Source: Octopus sinensis (taxonomy: Eukaryota). From it: DNA of 64,000 nucleotides. Shown here piece after piece: positions 59,460 to 64,000 of this stretch. How positions within the stretch are numbered: the stretch's first letter is position 1; each line of letters opens with the position of its first letter. The position numbers and the translations under genes were made by a program. The stretch lies in assembly GCF_006345805.1 (NCBI RefSeq), contig NC_042998.1, positions 112,902,001 through 112,966,000 of the forward strand. The letters run 5' to 3'. Under the pieces are notes generated by a model. That model did no database searches. It was not told the DNA's origin and worked only from the letters and a program-made list of their open reading frames with translations.

Positions 59460-61876
59460 AGATTGGCTGACTGTAACCTGGCGGGCATGTCTTAGAGGGC
59501 CATCACAAATAGTAGTGGTCCCAGTACAGTTCCCTGAGACACCAATAGACACCATGTACGGGCCAAAGGAAAGCATGGACATGCAGCCTACAAGAAACCC
59601 TCAGAATCTTTCCAGCTTGAACTTCCATAAGGCAAACTGGAAACAAATTGAGAAAGAGATCCTCAAACAAAACTGGCCTGAATGTCTCTCCTCGCCAGAC
59701 ATCGACGTGAAACTTCAACAATTCATGTCTGTAATGCAAGCCATATGCTACAAATGTGTCCCAGAGAGAAAGGCCACTGTACACAAGGACAAAATCCCCA
59801 GAGAGAGGAAAATTTTAATGAGACGGCGTACAAAAATTTCAAATCGCCTAAACAAACAATTGAAAGCAGTGAAAAGTCCCGCTTGAAAATAAAACTGTTG
59901 GAAATTGAAAAAGTCTGCAACTCTCCATGAAAAGGAAAGAGCAGACAAAGAAGCCTGGGCTATAGACAATATAAAATCTAACCCCAGAGCTTTCTACAGG
60001 TATGCCAAAGAAACAGCTACGGTGCACTGTAGGATAGGGCCACTCCTTGAAAAGGATGGCACACTCACAGGAAAACCAACGAGGGTAAGTGAAATACTGA
60101 ATGAGCAATTCAAGAGTGTTTTCACTCCACCCCTTGGGCATTTCCAAATCACCAATCCAACTGACTTCTTTACCTCTGCAGATATAAAATCAGAGGCAGC
60201 GACAATAGATTACATCGATATAAAGGAAGACAATGTAATAAAGGCTATAGATGAAATGAAAACAGACTCAGCTACTGGCCCCGATGGATACCCGGCAATC
60301 CTCCTAAAAGTATGTAAGAGAGTCCTAGCAAGACCACTGCAGTTCCTCTTTCAGAGCTTCCTTGCAGCTGGCAAACTTCCAAGAAAACTGAAGGAAGGTA
60401 AAATATGCCCTATTCATAAAGGAGGTAGCAGAGCGGAGGCCAAGAACTACAGACCTATCTCTCTGACCTCACACATCAGCAAGGTCATGGAACGAATAGT
60501 CAGATGAAACTGATCACCTTCCTTGAAGAAAATGACTTGCTGCCCGACACCCAACATGGTTTCCGACCAGGAAGAAGCTGCTTAACTCAGCTCCTACAAC
60601 ACTATGACTGGGTGCTGAAACGACTGCTCAACCACTCAAATGTGGAAGTGATATATCTCGACTTTGCAAAGGCCTTTGATAAAGTCGATCATGGAATGAT
60701 ATGTCACAAACTGCGTGATCTTAGCATAGTTGGGAAACTGGGAGAATGGCTTCATGACTTTCTGAAAGATAGAAGTCAGGTGGTAGTAGCCAATGGCGCC
60801 ACTTCCATTAACACGCAAATAGTGAGCGGTGTTCCGCAGGGCACTGTTTTGGGACCACTACTGTTCATAATGGCCCTCTCAGACATGCCCTCAGCCACGC
60901 AGAGAGCCACGATCACAAGTTATGCAGATGATACAAAAGTTTCACAGGTAATGCAGAACCCTGAAGACACTATGTACCTGCAATGTGAGCTGGATGAGAT
61001 ATACAAGTGGGCTGAAAAGTTTCAAGCTTTATGGTATCAGCATGCAAAACTAAATGCAATACCCAATGAATACACTGGACCCGGAGGAATTGCAATCCCA
61101 GAGGCACAATCAGTGCGTGACCTGGGTATTTACATGAGTGATGACGCAACCTTTCGTGTACATGTTGCTAAATTGGCAATAAAATGTAGACGACTGGCCG
61201 GATGGATTCTTAGAACCTTTAGAACAAGAGAACAAGAAACCATGATGGTCCTCTGGAGGACGCTTGTCCTAAGCCACTTTGACTATTGCTCTCAGCTATG
61301 GTCACCATCCAGTGTCAAGTTAATCACAGAACTTGAGGCGATCCAACGTAGCTACACAAAGAAGATAGCCTCTGTGTGCAGAATATAAGCTACTGGGAAA
61401 GACTCAAGAGATTAAAACTCTATTCCTTGGAGCGTAGGCAAGAAAGATATGCCATAATATACATTTGGAAGATCCTGGAAGGACTTGTCCCAAACTTTGG
61501 CATCGAGAATTACACAAATGCCAGAACTGGGCGCCACTGCGTGGTGCCAAGGACTCCAAGATGTAGGACAAGATACTGTGATAGCCTGGGCTTCCGAGGC
61601 ACACAGCTCTTCAATATCCTCCTGAAGAACCTAAGAGACCTGCATGGGGTGGATGCAGATGTCTTTAAAATGAAACTGGATCTCTTCTTGTCAGGTATCC
61701 CAGATGAAGCAACTTCACAGCAGGAGGTGCAGATGAGGGCAGTTGCATCGAACTCTCTCATGCACCAAATGGCAGTTGCAAAAAGCATTCGTGAAGTAGT
61801 AAACCATGTAGCAACAACAATGGCGGTTGGCCCAGCATGGCCACAGCTCGTAGGCTGAAACTAGAATCAATCAATC
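59460..61876 (+). mobile_element. 5'-truncated CR1/Jockey-group LINE, ORF2 largely preserved with a few frameshifts, (ATCA)n tail
   Basis: GPDGYPA, NYRPISLTS, QHGFRPGRSC, YLDFAKAFDKV, GVPQGTVLGP, YADD and DYCSQLWSP motifs; frame breaks at ~59886, ~60505 and ~61380. Confidence 0.93.
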
Positions 61877-61901
61877 ATATATATATAATATACATATAAG
61901 A

Positions 61902-62001
61902 NNNNNNNNNNNNNNNNNNNNNNNNNNNNNNNNNNNNNNNNNNNNNNNNNNNNNNNNNNNNNNNNNNNNNNNNNNNNNNNNNNNNNNNNNNNNNNNNNNN
62001 N
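61902..62001. other. Assembly gap (100 N)
   Basis: Run of n characters. Confidence 1.
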
Positions 62002-62760
62002 TTTGTTTTGTGTAGGGAGACCACAGTGGACAGCAGTATTCAAGGTGGGGTCGGGCAAAGTGGAGAAGAGAAGGATAATAGCGTGGGAATCTCTCGACTG
62101 GGAAGGTTCTGAGATCCAGGAACACATTCTGAGGGGCAATGTCAACTTTGCTGCTATATGTGTAGCCCAGCTTATGTTGTTGTCCAAGTTACCCAGGTCT
62201 CTGAGTTGGATGCCATGAGAATTTCTCCAGAAGGAAGAGAGTAGAGTATGGAGTTTCAGAGCGTCCTCCCTTCCAAAGTGGACAGTTCGAATTTGTCTTC
62301 ATTAGCAACATGTTATTCTTTTCCGCCCATTGGACAACAGCCAGTAGGTCTGACTGAAGGTTTATTCGGTCATCCACGCCATTGATGACATCTGGAGCTT
62401 GGAATCATCAGCGAAGGTTCTGATTTGAGTGTTGATGGTGTGTGATGGTGTGTCAGTAATATCTTTATGTAGAAGATGAAGAGGAAGTGGGCCCCACACA
62501 GTGCCTGTGGGACACCACTGCGACTTGCTTTGGCTGGGCTGGATTTGACTCCTTCGACTAAAACATGCTGGTTCTGTTAGAGAGGAAAGGCACTTGATCC
62601 ATTGCAGCAGCTTTCCAGTGACACCAAATTGGGACGCTTCTCAGAAGGATCTTATGATACCCTGTCAAACGGCCTTGATGAAATCAAGGTAGATGACATC
62701 AGTGTTGGGACCCTTCCCAAGGCTCCAAAATGTATCAAAATGATTGCAGTAGCTGCGTCA
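62002..62760 (-). mobile_element. Degenerate CR1/L2-type LINE RT fragment
   Basis: SGVPQ, TFADD and RPHLEYCCPLWSPY motifs. Confidence 0.8.
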
Positions 62761-62769
62761 AGCAATCTC

Positions 62770-63083
62770 TCCCAATATATACAATATATATGATATATAA
62801 TATGGATATATATATGATATATATGTAATAATATGTATATATAATGTAGATATATAGTATATGTATTATATATTATATATATATATATATATATGTTATA
62901 TAATATATATATATGTAATATATATGTATTAGATATGTATATATATATATATATGTAATAGTATATATAGATATGTATATATATGTATAGATATGTATCT
63001 ATATGTATATATAATTATATATGTATATAATATATATATATATGTATATATATGTATATATATATATTATATGTATATATATG

Positions 63084-63114
<31 letters not shown>

Positions 63115-63236
63115 GTATATATATATATGTATATATATATATGTATATATTATATATATGTATATATATGTATATATATATGTATATAATATATGTATAT
63201 TATATATGTATATATATATATGTATATATATATATG

Positions 63237-63283
<47 letters not shown>

Positions 63284-63527
63284 GTATATATATATGTATA
63301 TATATAGGTTTATATATATATATATATATGTCTATATATATGTATATATATATGTATATATATGTATATATATATGTATAATATATGTATATATATATGT
63401 ATATATATATATATGTATATATATATATGTAGATATATATATATATATATGTATATATATTGTATATATATATGTATATATATATGTATATATATATGTA
63501 TAGATATATAATATGTATATATATATG

Positions 63528-63562
<35 letters not shown>

Positions 63563-63603
63563 GTATATATAGGTATATATGTATATATATTAGTATATAT
63601 ATG

Positions 63604-63641
<38 letters not shown>

Positions 63642-63850
63642 TGTATATATATTATGTATTATATATATATATGTATATATATGTATAATATATATATATA
63701 TGTATATAATATATATATATGTATATATATGTATATATATGTATATAATATATATATATATGTATATATAGTAATATATATTATATGATGTATAATATAT
63801 ATATATATGTATATATATGTATATAGTATATATATATATGTATATATATG

Positions 63851-63904
<54 letters not shown>

Positions 63905-64000
63905 ATATGTATATATATGTATATATATGTATATATGTATATATATTTATGTTATATGTATATATTGTATATATATGTATATATCTATGTATATATATGT
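62770..64000. repeat. Long imperfect (TA)n/(TATG)n tract
   Basis: More than 1.2 kb of almost pure TA low-complexity sequence. Confidence 0.97.

Noticed and set aside
58264-61860. Twin-priming 5' inversion of a single LINE
   Set aside because: Both halves contain the same RT C-terminal region and differ substantially in sequence, so they are separate insertions.
62993-63771. Long Y/I/M/C-rich ORFs (also near 13228-13511, 21739-22422, 37963-38280, 41311-41942, 46079-46327)
   Set aside because: They are translations of (TA)n, (CA)n and (TATG)n microsatellites.

Overview
AT-rich, repeat-dense animal genomic DNA. The (GAT)n-tailed RTE LINEs, tRNA-type SINEs and long (TA)n/(CA)n tracts suggest a coleoid cephalopod (Octopus-like); this is inferred. 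Three host coding units are supported. (1) A complete EAF (ELL-associated factor) gene with 7 coding exons on the minus strand (CDS 26448->4213, 241 aa, all GT-AG introns in consistent phase). (2) An uninterrupted, divergent ELL-like ORF about 2 kb upstream on the same strand (29727->28531). It keeps the ELL N-terminal and winged-helix domains but lacks the occludin-homology C-terminal domain. (3) An intronless orphan ORF (48126-49280) with up to three death-domain-like repeats and a C-terminal membrane anchor. The headline observation is that the ELL-like ORF sits beside the gene for its binding partner EAF. A consensus GTAAGT donor near its end is in phase with a strong acceptor 32 nt before the EAF ATG, predicting a stop-free 644-aa ELL::EAF fusion. 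The remainder is decayed or nested mobile DNA (RTE, CR1-type, Gypsy, Helitron, mariner/Tc1/pogo, hAT, piggyBac-like and telomere-repeat-bearing long-TIR elements), long fold-back palindromes, microsatellites and a 100-N gap. All homology calls come from reading motifs by eye, not from database searches, and TE boundaries are approximate unless termini are quoted.
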